In this document: piece by piece, positions 1-12,762 of the stretch | Numbering within the stretch: the first letter of the stretch is position 1 | Layout: each line of letters opens with the position of its first letter | Assembly (NCBI RefSeq): GCF_004010195.1 | Contig: NC_057718.1 | Span: 27,463,088-27,527,087 of the forward strand | Reading direction: 5' to 3' | Source: Chiloscyllium plagiosum | Taxonomy: Eukaryota | Length of the DNA: 64,000 bases | Made by a program: the position numbers and the translations under genes | Notes under the pieces: model-generated | Told to the model about the DNA's origin: nothing | Database searches by the model: none | The model's input: the letters and a program-made list of their open reading frames with translations, nothing else

Positions 1-245
1 CACCGGTCCTTGTGGCACATCAACAGTCACAGGCCTCCAGTGTGAAAAACAACCCTCCACCACCACCCTCTTCTTCTACCTTTGAGCCAGTTCTGTACCC
101 AAACAGCTAGTTCTCCTTGTATTTCATAAGATCTAACCTTGCTAACCAGTCTCCCATGGTGAACCTTGTCAAACGCCTTACTGAAGTCCATAAAGATCAC
201 GTCCACCACTCTGCCCTCAACAATCCTCTTTGTTACTTCTTCAAA
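1..245 (-). mobile_element. CR1 LINE RT fragment
   Basis: ORF 27..209 VDVIFMDFSKAFDKV; same family as 23685-25895. Confidence 0.9.
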
Positions 246-249
246 AAAA

Positions 250-1100
250 AAGTGAAAATTGTAGACAGATGTATTCTATCCAGGAGTACGAGAAAAGAAG
301 CGAAGTACAAAACAGCAAAAGAGCAAGGCACAGGCTCAGTCACAAACCAAAGAACAATAGCAAAGATTAATGCTGCAAAAGTCACAAAATTCTTGCTAAT
401 TGATATCATGGGCAGGAACCTCTTGCTTTTACTGTTCATAGAGTCAAGTTGACTGCTAAAGAGTAGCTCAAAGGAAAAAGTCAGTTTGTGAAAGCAAAGC
501 TGTCCATCCATCACTGCTGATGACAAAGATTTCCCTGCTAATATTAGCTATGTTAAAACACTAATGGAGATTTTTTCCAAGATTATAACAAGAAAAATGG
601 AGAAACTTGTTCAGTGGTGGACACTGCTGGATCTGCCATGTCTTGCACTGAGTGCTACTGAAGTAGTTAGTCCTGATTAACACTTCATTATCTTCTTATG
701 AAAGCAGACTTTACATTTACTTATATCACCTCAAACTGAAGACGTAATGTTCAGTTACTGTCTGTCTCCAGGGATTCATTCCAATAACAAATCAAAACAC
801 CCTCTTTCAGTTTTGGCTAAGAAATTCAAGCAAATCTGACAGAGGTTACTTTTTATTTTGACTACTAGAGGTCCCACGAAAACACATGAAACCCGAAGAC
901 CTGTATCCCATAAAAACAACAAAATGTGCCAAACCTTTGGGAGAAAGATACAAAGCAGCATATTTGCTGAGGAGCTTTCATCATGAAACAGGAGCAGAAT
1001 TGACCTTATTTGACAAGCAGCGATGCAAAGTTGTACAGAATATATCCTTGGATAAGAGTACAATAGAGAAATTATGTGAGCAATGTTCTGAAAATTAAAA
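250..1100 (+). mobile_element. Possible highly decayed hAT transposase remnant
   Basis: Frameshifted pieces KAKLSI/SITAD, ISYV and KLV..DTAGSAMS weakly recall hAT motifs (FSI-ADE, IRYV, DGA--M). Confidence 0.3.
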
Positions 1101-2699
1101 ATAAATTTATGGGAAAGATTCTTTCTAGTTCTCCTTTTGTTCTTCTAAATTGCAAAATAGTTTTATCAACTACACCTCTGAAATCATTTACAAATCTGCT
1201 ATTTTAACTAATTTCCTCCTCACGTTAAAGTCATACATGTAGCAATCTTATGGATTACAATTCTCATAATCCAACTCCATCCATACTTTCCCTCAAATAT
1301 TCAGCTTTTTAAACAAGACCCTGACATCAGTACATCAGTACTTCCTATTTGCCTTTTCTTTTTGTATTCTTCTTAATCTATCTGACAATCTACACCAAGT
1401 GTTTTGGCAGCACACATAAATTTCCCAGCAAAAAGACTGCACACCACATACAAAACCAAGTGTCCAGTGTCATTTTTTTTGTAATGCAACAAAGCATTGG
1501 GCCTTCATATAGTTTAGAAAATTGATTTACCTAAGTGGATTCATAACTTATGGACCTTTATTTTAAATAAGCAGTTGACTGTCACTTACAGCGATAATTT
1601 TTACTTTGGTTAATTAGGTTATTGAAACAGACAAGTAAGGTTAAAAATGAATTATGTAAAACGATGTTGTTAATGTATTGCAGTCAGAACCATTCAAGGA
1701 CTCATTGCACATATTCTGAATCATTTTATAAACAGCCATCATTTTGTAAATCAATAAACTCGAATTTTGGCATTTTGTTAGAGACCAACAGTTGCAGAAT
1801 TTTCCCAATTCATTTTTCCAAAGATCCAGTTAATGTTTAATTCTTCAAAAATAATATCTGTGAGACTTGCACGTTTGCTTCATATTATTAATTATTCTGA
1901 AAGAAAGTTTAGCAGATAGATTCATAATGTTAAGTTGAGGGATTTGGGCAGAGGAAACACGTCGAGTACAGAGCATTTATTTACAAAATAACTGGAAGAG
2001 TATTACATTTATATGGCTCATGCAGTAAAATCTCATTGGGGAATCAAAACTTCTCAGCAGCCAAAAGTCTCAAATAAAGACCAGATTTGGTCTGGATAAT
2101 TGCCAAAAATCAATACAATACCTATAAAGGGAAAACTGATATTTTGGACCAAGAACACTTCTTAATTTCCTGCCTGCATGAACAAATTCATTTTTTTGAC
2201 TTAATAGTTCAGCATTACAAGATATATGAAGCACTAATCACTACGTAACTGCTAACCCAGTTATTACCATATATCAAAGGACTGGATTTGTAAATTCACA
2301 CATTATGCTTCAATGGTGTACCTCAGACAGGAATACCTAACCAATTTAAAATATTATCTAACATTCTTAATTTGAATAGACCTCTACTGCTATTAGAAAC
2401 ACTGAGTTAAAATCCACCAGACCTCTAAGATCTGCCACGTCTCACAAAATATACTTCCGAAGTAAGCTGTATGTTAAAGCTTCTGTGCCAGCAGTAACTC
2501 TAAATTTATCCTCTTAACTTGCTAAAAATATGATCAGAACCTGTACCAGAACAAACGACAAAATAAACATTTTTACCATACTTCCATTTAAGATTTCCAA
2601 ACATTGGGCTAAACAAAATGGAAATCCTTTTAGTACCAACAGAAGTACTGAAATCTGGATAGAGTCAAATATTTACTTGTCTTATGATTGAATGGCCCA

Positions 2700-4860
2700 G
2701 GAATCAGAGATCAGGCTATTTTGGATCTGATAATGTGCAAATGATCTCAGAATAAAAGATCCCCTCGGAAACAGTGACCATAACATAGTAGTAAGTTTCA
2801 AAGTGAAAAACATGGGTCAGAAACAACAGTGCTAAACTTAAATAAGGGCCATTATAAAGGAATGAATGTTGGCTGGAATAGATTGGAAAAGCAGTTTAAT
2901 AGAAAATACATTTGATGAAAACTGGCAGATATTTTAAAAATAGTTCGTGACTTACAACAAAAATACATCTCAGTAAGGAGGATTCTTGGGAAGTGGATGA
3001 ATCAATCTATGTTTTTTATTCATTCGTGGGATGAGGGCATCACTGGCTAGACCAGCATTTATTGCCCATTTTTAATTGCCCAGAGGGCAGTTAAGAGTCA
3101 ATCACATTGCTGTGGGTCTGGAGTCACATGTAGGCCAGACCAGGTAAGGATGGAAGTTTCCTTCCCTGAAGGATATTAAACAACCAGATGGGTTTTTCCC
3201 GACAATCGACAATGGTTTCATCGTCATCATTAGATCATTAATTCCAGATATTTTACTGAATTCAAATTCCATCATCTGCCATGGCAGGATTTGAATCCAG
3301 GTCCCCAGAACATGAGCTGAGTTTCTGGATTAATAGTCCAGTGATAACGCTACTAGGCCACTGTGTCCCCAGTCATGGTTAACCAAGATAAATAAGGACA
3401 GTATCAAATTGAAAGAGAAAAAACATATAATGTGGGAAAGAATTTTTAAGATTGGAAAAGTTAGAAAAATCAAAAGATAACCAAAAACATAATAAACTGG
3501 GAGAAAATGAACAAAGATAAACTATCAAGTAACGTAAAAATGAATAGCAAGAGCTTCTTTAACTATGTGAAAAGGCCAGAATGAACATAGCCCCCTTAGA
3601 GAATGAGGCTGGGAAAACAATAACGGGAAAGCAGAAAATGGCAGAGGAGTTGAATAAATACTTCACATCAGTCTTTTAGGTAAATACATGAATAGCATTC
3701 CAAGAATGCTAAATAATCAAGTGGGATGGGTGGGTGGGGGAGGAGGAAGAAGAAATAAGCACAAAAATAATCATTGGAGAAAATGTACTAGATAAACTAA
3801 CAGAGCTAAAAGCAAAAAATCCCCTAAGCCTGATGAGATACATCCCACGTTGTTAAAGGAAGTACCTTCAGAGATAATGGGTGCATTTGTATTCTTCCAA
3901 GAACTATTATATTCAGCAAAAGACCACAAGACCATGCAGCCCATCAAGTCTACATCACCTTTCAATCATGGCTGATACATTTCTCAACCCTATTCTCCTG
4001 CCTTCTCCCCTTACCACCAAAAACTTATGTATATCTTAATAATGCTCATTTGTGGGATGGGGATTTCGCTGGCTGAGCCAGCATTTATTGTTTATACCTC
4101 ATTGCCCTTGATAAGGTGGGAGGGAACTACCATGTTTAACTGTGGCAGTCCATGTAGTGTAGGCAGACCCACTTGCCATTTGGAAGGGAATTCCAGCCTT
4201 TGAGGACCTCATGCATAAATGACAAAAAGCTGGCATACAAATTCAGTAGTTATTAGGAGAGGCAAATGGAATTTTGGCCTTTGTTTCAGAAGGAATAGAA
4301 TATAAAAATAGGGAGGCCTTGCTAAAACTGTACAAGGCACATGTTAGACCACAGTTGGAATACTGTGAACAGTTTTGCTCCTCTTATCTAAGGAAATGCA
4401 AACTTGCATTGGAGACAGTCCAGAAAAGGGTTTCACTAGATTGCACCTGGACATACAGGAATTATGAGGGGTTGGGTCTGTACTCACTGGTGTACAGAAG
4501 AATGAGATATGACCTTATTAAAATCAATATAATTATTAGGGGACTGTTGAGAAGTTGCTTCCTTTTCTGGGAGAGCATAATCTCAGAGTAAGGGTCACCC
4601 ACAGGTGAGGAGGAATTTCCTCTCTTAAAAGGTCATGAATCTGCGGAATTTCTTTTTTACAGTTGAGAGCTGTAGAGATTATGTTGTTAAGTATATTCAA
4701 GGCTGAGATGGACAGATTTTTAACCAGTAAGGGAATCAAGGGCTGTGTGGATAAGACAGGAAAGGGGAATCAAGGACTATCAGATTAGCTATAACTTAAC
4801 TGAATAGTGAGGGAGATCTGATGGGCTGAAAGACCTACTTCTGCTCCCATGTCTTATACT
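2700..4860 (+). mobile_element. Decayed CR1 LINE with internal deletions and insertions
   Basis: ORF 4274..4591 GIEYKNRE.LLKLYKA.VRPQLEYC.QF; CR1-type 3' end near 4800-4860. Confidence 0.8.
3012..3370 (-). mobile_element. tRNA-derived SINE (SacSINE/DeuSINE-like, tentative); related copies at about 10630-10970 (+) and 42955-43275 (+)
   Basis: tRNA-like head; shared body; tail 'gggcaattagggatgggcaataaat' also found on LINE fragments in the window. Confidence 0.65.
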
Positions 4861-4932
4861 TACTACAATTATATGTGATTAGTCATCTTTATAGGAACTA
4901 AGATCCATGATCAAAATATTTTACATAATTAC

Positions 4933-5205
4933 TTCTTCTATAATTTCTTCTTTAGGTTCTTCATCAGAGCCATCACTGGAGGTGTCAGGGCTAGAACTAT
5001 CATCTTCATCATAACCTTCAAGAGCTTTAAGGTCTTCAGCATCAATAATTCCAAGTATATCATTTTCTTCCACTTCCCGCAGGTTACCAATTTCTTCATC
5101 TGAAGACGTATCATTAGTTCCATCTAACTGTGGGATGGATGACTCTTCAACTTTGATTGGTTGTTCCTCAGATGTGGTCGCAACCATTAACAAGGTTTCA
5201 TTCAC
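4933..5205 (-). CDS. GTF2A1L: GTF2A1L exon 7, acidic region with the QLD/G Taspase1 site
   Basis: ORF 4921..5205; acceptor ccacttag, donor GTAATT; 273 nt, phase 0/0; QLDGTNDTSSDEEIG resembles ALF QVDGSGDTSSNEEIG; ends IIEE, where the DPLNS exon should follow (not found in 1-4932). Confidence 0.92.
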
Positions 5206-6059
5206 CTAAGTGGTAAAATCAAAATTTAATTCACCAAAATAAATAATAACCAAATTGTAAAGCAAAACAAATGCTACAGTAGCCTCAAGATGTCCAGTCT
5301 GATTTAAAGTTGCTTGAATGTAATCTTGTGCAAATTTGAACACGAGTTCTTGATTGTACAAGTGATTCTATTAAGATGATATAATTAAATACATTTTATT
5401 TGGGAAAAAAACAGGAGGAACTATTTCCACAGATTTGGATCTTTCTAAACCTATAGTTTTGTGTGGAAATTTGAGAGGGTGAACATAAAACCGCGGTCAC
5501 AAACTTCGAAGAAAATGAGCAAAATAGTAACCAAAAAATTTATAAAATCCTGCAATTACTGCAGTTCTGCTCATTTAACCTGCTGTTGCTTTTTGTCAGA
5601 TGCTAAATGCCAATTCTCACAACTCTTCTTCAACCGTGATTCCCTCACCAATCATCAAGCTATAATTTCCCAAATGGTCACTGACATCATCTCCTTTGGG
5701 GATTTCCCACAACATGTACCAATGGACTCCAAGCCTACAACTTCAGAGCCTGTGTCTACCTCTTTCCCAAGGTCCACATACAAGATGTCCCTGGTAACCT
5801 CAATGTTTTGTCTCAGATAACTTGTTTCTGCCTATCTCAACTAAGTTTTCTCTCATGATCAGTTTCTTCTGGAACTTTTCTAACACTGTCTTCCAATTTA
5901 AAAGGTTTCTGGCTCTTATCTCGCTCTTTTTGCAGTGGACACCAATTACATTAGAAACCTATCCTTCACGAGGACAGCAATTCTTCCTTAAACAAATATA
6001 TAAATAGCCCCTGACCATCTCAAACCTACTTTAGCTGAATGAACCCGTTCTTATACTGA

Positions 6060-7260
6060 ACACGTTCTCTTTTGACTCTCAGAAAAATTGACCAAGCCAC
6101 TCAGCCCAATGATCTCCTCTGTCATTTAACTAGATCACTGATCTTCTACTGCAATGCCATTTTCCCCCACACTATCCAAAACACCCTTGATAGCTTTAAT
6201 GTCTGGAAATCAAATAATAGCAGGCTTGAATATACTAAATGCCTGAACCTCTACTCCTTTGGGGTAAAGAATGCTTAAGATTCACCACTCTCGAAGTAAA
6301 TAAATTTCTCCTTATCTCAATTCTAAGTGGCCTGCCATTCTACTAAAACTGTTTCCCCTGGTTCTAGACCGGAGTCAGAAGAAACCTCTTTCCCTTATCA
6401 AAGCCTCTAAGAATATTACATGCTTCAATGAGATTTTTCAAAACTCTAGAGAATAGAGACCCAGTCTCCTCAAAGGAAAATCCTATTCCATGGATCAGTC
6501 TTCTGGTGACTTTTTGTTTAACTCTCTCTATGATAAGTATATCATTCTTTATAGACTGAGAACATGAAACTCCAGGTGTGGTCTTACTAAGGATCTAAAG
6601 AATTGCAGCAAATATTGTTAAGGCAATATACAACTTATATTCCTATTGGCTTGTTAGCTTTCAAGTGACTTATGAAAAGGGCACCCAAGTACCTTTGAAC
6701 ATCAACACTTCATAATCGCTTGCCAATCAAAAATATTTTGCCTTTCTACTTTTCCTAACAAAGTGGGTAACTTCACATTTCCATGTGCCATGTTCATTAC
6801 TTGAATGCCTTTTGCAACCTCCTAGCAACTGACACTGCCAGCTAGCTTGTCTCATCAGAAAGTATGGAAATATGACATTTGGTCCCTACATCCAAATCAT
6901 TGACACAGACTATGAATAGTTGAAGCCGAAGTAGTGATCCTTGCAGGTCCCCACTAACATTAGAATAACAAATCCGTTCTTTGTCTTCTAACCATTAACC
7001 AATCCTCAATCCATTCCAAGTGTTCTAATTTTGGTTACTAACCTGCTGTTGAACCTTAGCAAATGTTTCCAATAACCAAAATACATTATTTCCTCTGGTT
7101 CCCCACTCATCCAATCTGAGAGCCACATCCTCAAAAAACTTCAAACAGTTTGTCAAACACGATTTCTCTTTCATAAATCCATGTTGACTTTGCCCAATCC
7201 TAACATTATTTTCGAGTGTCCTGGTGTCACATTTTTAATAATAGATTCTAACATTTTCCA
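6060..7260 (-). mobile_element. Old CR1 LINE fragment
   Basis: Decayed reverse-complement CR1 RT and 3' motifs. Confidence 0.65.
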
Positions 7261-7264
7261 TAAC

Positions 7265-8500
7265 AATTCATTTACTGGATTACGGATGTACCTGTCTGGG
7301 CCAGCATATTTTGCCCATCCCTAATTGCCCTCAAGGCGGCAATGGCGAGCTGCCTCCTTGAATCACTACAGTCCATATGCTGTAAGTAGACCCACATTTT
7401 CATTAGGGAGGGCATTTTAGGATTTTGAGCCAGCTACACTGAAGGAACAACAATATATTTCCAATTCTGGATATGAGTGGTTTGGTCAGGAGCTTGCACA
7501 TGGTAGTGCTGCCATATATCTGGTGTCTCCATCTTTCTCGATGTAGTGGCCATGGGTTAGGAAGGTGTTGTCTAAAGATCTTTGATGAATTCCTGCTATG
7601 TATCGTGTAGATGGTACACATTGTTGCATCTGAGGGGAGGGAGTAGATCTGATGCCAGTCAAGTGAGCTACTTTATCCTGGTTGGGTCAACTGTCTTGAA
7701 TGTTGGAACAGCTGCACTCATACAGGCAAATGGGAAGTATTCCATCACATTCCCGACTTGCACCTTGTACGTGGTGGACATGTTTTGGGGAGTCAGGTAG
7801 TGGGTACTCACTGCAATATTCCTAGCCTCTGACCTATTCTTGTAGCCACAGTATTTATGTAGATAGTCAAGTTCAGTTTTTGGTCAATACTGATCTCCTG
7901 GAGGTTGATAATGGATTGAGTGATGGTAATGTCAAGGGGCTGAAAATGTGTTGCTGGAACAGCGCAGCAGGTCAGGCAGCATCCAGGGAACAGGAGAATC
8001 GACGTTTCGGGCATAAGCCCTTCTTATGCCCGAAACGTCGATTCTCCTGTTCCCTGGATGCTGCCTGACCTGCTGCGCTGTTCCAGCAACACATTTTCAG
8101 CTCTGATCTCCAGCATCTGCAGACCTCACTTTCTCCTCTAATGTCAAGGGGCGTTGGTTGGATTCTACCTTTGTGGAGTTGAATACTGCCTGGCATGTGT
8201 ATGGTACAAATCCTGCTCGCCATTGTCAACCTAAGTCTGGATATTGTCCTGGTCTTGCTGCATTTGGAAATGAACTGTTTCAGTATTTGAGGAGAGGCAA
8301 ATGATGCTGAACATTACACAATCATCAGTGAAAATCCCCACTTCTGACCTTATGATGGAAGTATGGTCATTGATGAAACAGCTAAAAATGGTTGGGCCTA
8401 GGACACTACCCTGAGGAATGTCCACAGGTGTCCTGCATCTGAGATGACTGACCTCCAACAATTACATTCATCTTAAGTGCCAGGTATGACTCCAGCTAGC
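7265..8500 (-). mobile_element. CR1/L2-clade LINE 3' portion, interrupted by a fold-back element
   Basis: ORF 8231..8461 [17 protein letters not shown]...FTDD; tail shared with 29600-29910, 45815-46000 and 49530-49990. Confidence 0.75.
7941..8138. mobile_element. Penelope-derived fold-back mini-element with 14-bp TSD
   Basis: TSD taatgtcaaggggc at 7927-7940 and 8139-8152; perfect 79-bp inverted arms 7939-8017 and 8023-8101. Confidence 0.9.
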
Positions 8501-8947
8501 AGAGTGTTCCCAAGCACCTATATACTCTTCCCATTTCTCAACATTTAGCTCACAGCCTTGTATCTATGGCATTTCAAGTGTTCATCCAAATACTTCTTAA
8601 ATGTTGAAGTGGTTCTTGCCTCTACCAACCTTTTCTTGGCATTTCTGATTTACTTAAGACTGGTTCAAAAGCAATAGATTAATAATGTTTCCAGGTGCTC
8701 CACTCATAAGAAACAAAGTAAACCAGCATGCCACATGGTGTGAAATAATTAGCTACTTTTTAGCCATTTTCAATTCTCCACTCAGTTTGTATTTTTAAGC
8801 AGATAAAACAATATAATTTTATATTAGAACAATCCTTTAATGTCTTGACTTCTCAACTTCATGTTGTCAGAGGCTGCATGTTATGGACATAAAATTTTCA
8901 ATTCTGTACATTAATGTCTTTCAGTGCTAATTTTTCTAATCTCTTAC

Positions 8948-9591
8948 CTGGGGTATAAACTGTTGGACTACACACTGCTCAGAAACACATTGTGGTATGT
9001 TTGTTCCTTCATTTGGTTCAGATGCTTGGTTTTGTACAATAAGGGTATGAGCTGGAGGAGCATTATCTGAATTTTGAATTAACAGATGTTGAGTCTGGCC
9101 AGTGGTCACTTGTTCTTCCACAGACTGTTCCAGTTGAGTTGGCTGTGTGGATATTACATGTTGTGCTAGCGTTCCTGTGTTTGCTATGGACTGTCTCTGA
9201 ATAACAATAGGTGGCCCTGTCTGTACCCCCATCCCAGTGTGTTGTAAAACAACCTGTTTCATTGTACCCTGTTGTTGAATATATACGTGTCTTGATATGC
9301 CAGGCTGTTGCAGAACAGACTGATTAGCTACATCAAAAGATTGGTTGGTCAGCAATTGCTGATGTGTGGAAACTTGACCTGAATTGGATTGTTGGAGTGT
9401 TGGTGCTTGGTCTTGTGAAGCCTGCTGAATGACATGTGTTTGACTAGAAACAGTGTTTTGTTGGAAGAGAGCTGTCTGCCCTGTAACTGGATTTACTTGC
9501 TGAATGAAATGACGAACAGGCTGCTGGAAATATTTCTGGCCTGCAGCACTTTGTGTTACCATCACTGGAACATTGACCTTATACATATGAC
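8948..9591 (-). CDS. GTF2A1L: GTF2A1L exon 6, large Q-rich region (GHMYKVNVPVMVTQ...QQFIPQ)
   Basis: Within ORF 8936..9661; acceptor cttttctag, donor CAG|GTAAGA; 644 nt, phase 1/0; start matches ALF GHLYKVNVPIMVT. Confidence 0.92.
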
Positions 9592-11572
9592 CTAGAAAAG
9601 ATAAAGATTGAATGGAATCAACAACATGTGAATTAGAATAGTCAGTATCGACAAAAGACAATCAATCAGAGAACCTGTATTCCAAAAGCAATACTGTTCT
9701 CCCAAAAGGATGTAAAACAGAAGTATTTTTAGGAATCTTATTCAGTGTAAATTAACCCACTGATCATTGCCTTCTCAGAGCCCGAGGATAGTTTACTATA
9801 AAAGCTTTCAATCACAGCAATGAAATAAAAATACTGTTCATAACTAAATTAATAAAGGTAAAAACAGATGTTAAAAAGTTCAAATAAACAAGTACCAATT
9901 GTTATTCAAAGTTATTACTCAAAAAGATGAGAACTATAATCTGGATACATTATAAAAATGAGGGCTAAATATAAAAAGTTACAGTCTAGAGATTTCCAAA
10001 TGTTTTTTCAAGTCACTGTTTCAAAGACCCATTTCTTTTTAAGGAGTAGCAGGGCCAAATTAGTCCTTGCCAGTAGCATAATAGCACGATCGCAAATCAG
10101 CTGAGTAGTAATGATAACTGTGCACCAGAAGCAGCTCTCACTGGGCTCAACATTCACTTTTAAAAATCAGTAGGAATTCAAACACTGCATGCAATGCTAA
10201 ACTAATTATAAGTTCATCTTTGTATATGCTTCCCTTGAATTTAAACTTAATTGTACTTTAGATATCAGATTTTGAGTGAAGTTTGGGCACTGATAATTCA
10301 CTTCCTCAGTCAAACTCTTTGCCTCACACTTTTCTCTGATATCATTTTCATATTCACCTGTTTCAGGAACTTCTGCTACAACAAAATGTAAACAGCTGAC
10401 ACGTTAGTACTTTGCTTACATGTAGATAAAATGTAAATTGCTCTTTAACTGAAAACTGGGAAAAGGATTTCCTTTCAACATGATTTTAAATCTGAGTACT
10501 GTTATAAAGAATGTCAAAAAGAATGTCAAACTTTCAAATTACACCATTTAAAATTTAAATATAACTTATTCCTAAATGTACTCTCAATAATTCTAAACAG
10601 TCAGCAGAGAGCCAGAAGCAAATAGTACAGTAACGGGGCATATTAATAATGTCGCTGGGCTAATAATTCAGAACCCCAGGGTAATATTCTGGGAAATTCC
10701 ACTAAGGCAGGTGTGAAATTTAAATGCAATTAAGAAGATTTAGAATAAAGAAAAGCAGCTAACCTAAAAGTGACCATCTAACAACTGTCAAATGCTGTTT
10801 AACAACTCATCTGCTGACTAACATCCTGTAAGAAAAAAAATCTGCCATCCTTATCTGGTTGTCCTACACATTACTCCAAATCCACAGAAATAACTCTTAA
10901 CTGGTCTCTGGAATGAGCAATAAATGCTGACCTATCTAGCAACACCCACATCCATGAACCTACAAAAAAAATGCTTTCCCTGAATCCAGAATTTCCTCTC
11001 CCTAAATTTTATAACTTGGTAAAATTTTATACCTTCGAGATAAAGGTGTCATAGTTTGCTTTCTGCAGTGCTGCAGTTAAATTGTTAAGTTGCCAAAATT
11101 ATTTTTCCTAGCCTCACAAGACCTAAAAGTTTGCATACCCAGAAATCCAATTACATTTCCTTACTTTAAAAATGTGCATTTTAAAATTTGCTCGAATGCT
11201 TATATTGTCCTGAATCTACATTCTATGCCAGCAATAATTATCTATTCATTAAGTGTGTTTGGTTCACAAGCTTGGAGATGTTTTTAAACCGACTTGTTCA
11301 GACATATTATGACACACCTCTGGGCACCTGAACCTAAATCTTCTGGCTTAGAGGTTTGGGACACTACCACTGTGCACAAGGGCCCTCACAAATTTGTATA
11401 AATGGATTAATAGTCTCCATAAAACTTCTCTGCAAATGATGTGCACTCTGGAGAGATAAAAGAAAGCAATTTGGATTGACAAAAAAAAGAAAAATAATCT
11501 AACATTTAATGTTGGAAAAACCAACTTACATAAAGTGATTTATTGGAACAGTAAGGAAAACAAAATACTTGC

Positions 11573-11666
11573 CTGAAGCAGTCTGCAAGGTAACTCCAGC
11601 GGGAACCTGAATTGGAAGACCAATGCCAGAAGGCAATGCAAGAGTAGTTGTAGCACCTGAAGCATT
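11573..11666 (-). CDS. GTF2A1L: GTF2A1L exon 5 (NASGATTTLALPSGIGLPIQVPAGVTLQTAS)
   Basis: Acceptor ttgttctttcag; ALF motif PI-VPAGVTLQT-SG; 94 nt, phase 0/1; donor is non-canonical AG|GCAAGT. Confidence 0.9.
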
Positions 11667-11770
11667 CTGAAAGAACAACAATACAATGTTAAGGATATGA
11701 AAAACCTAACAGTTAAAAATTTGTTAGCTCACAGCTCTATGATTAGCCTTCAGGTAGCCCAAAGCACCAA

Positions 11771-11905
11771 TTTCTGAAGATGAGCCTTCGAACTTGAAAC
11801 ATTAACTCTGTTTTTCTCTCTCCTCAGATGTTAGACTTGCTGACTTTCTCCAGCATTTTCTGATTTTATTTCAGATTTCCACCATCTGGAGTATTCTGCT
11901 TTTTA
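11771..11905 (+). mobile_element. Penelope-derived short element with a decayed hammerhead (type B)
   Basis: CTGAAGA at 11774-11780 ... GAAACATTAACT; same family as 43460-43655. Confidence 0.6.
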
Positions 11906-12762
11906 CCTATCAGAGCAACGGAGGTGGTCCTTTAATGTAGGTTCTTGGAACAAACTCCATACACAAAGAAAATCAGTATAGCAGTACCAGAACTGAGTGG
12001 AGTTCAGGTGCAGGGTCTCCAGGATAGAGAGGTTAGGTGCCATCATAAGGAAGTATACCAGAAAATGAAATTTTTTAATTGAAATTATTTGTAGGTAGAA
12101 GAGTGCTTAACATTAGACATAATTCTTGAAACAAATAATTAATTGGAGACTGAAATTTCATGCTGCAATGTTCCCAGACAAATGGAGATTACTTTGTTGA
12201 ACAGAAAAGGGATAACCCTGCACACAGACTTCTCAACAGTACATGCAAAAGGGATGAAAGAATGGGATTTACCCCAAATTGGCTACTTAACACTTCTTAT
12301 GCAGTACAAGGTGGTCGCACTTTTCCCACAAAGTTAACAAAGGACAAATTATTGGACTATGCCAGCACACATTAATGGTAATTGACTGCAGAACTACATT
12401 AGGTACAGTAGATAATTGGTGGGGGAAACAATCTAAAATTCAATAGCCTCTAAAAATGAGCATAGAGTGGTGCTATGCATAATAAACCCACACTTTTTCT
12501 CAGAAGTAGCACATCAAATTTGTGCTGACTAATTTGCATAACTGGCACAAATAGCTAAACAGATTGTGTGAATTAAATGGCTGCACACCTCACTATGCTT
12601 GAGAAAAGTCAGCATCACTTAAAGCTAGCCTAGAGCTCCTGTGGTGCATCAGTAACACCCCTAATTCTAGGCCAGGAGGTCTAGGTTCAGGCCCCAATGC
12701 TTCACAGGTGTTAGTGATGTTTGAGTAGATTTATAGCTCAAGTTGATTATATGTAAGTAAGA

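Noticed and set aside
1..4932. Final ALF exons (DPLNS..., IHRSKNKWKF...)
   Set aside because: Not found by eye in this interval; most likely beyond the left edge, so not evidence of pseudogenisation.
7939..8101. Hairpin as pre-miRNA, terminator or CRISPR-like repeat
   Set aside because: Flanked by a TSD and made of dispersed TE sequence; no spacer array; eukaryotic context.
7808..8229. Recurrent small ORFs 'MCCWNSAAGQAASREQENRRFG' and 'MPETSILLFPGCCLTCCA' (also 21692-22818)
   Set aside because: Incidental translations of the repeated non-coding mini-element, not a peptide gene family.
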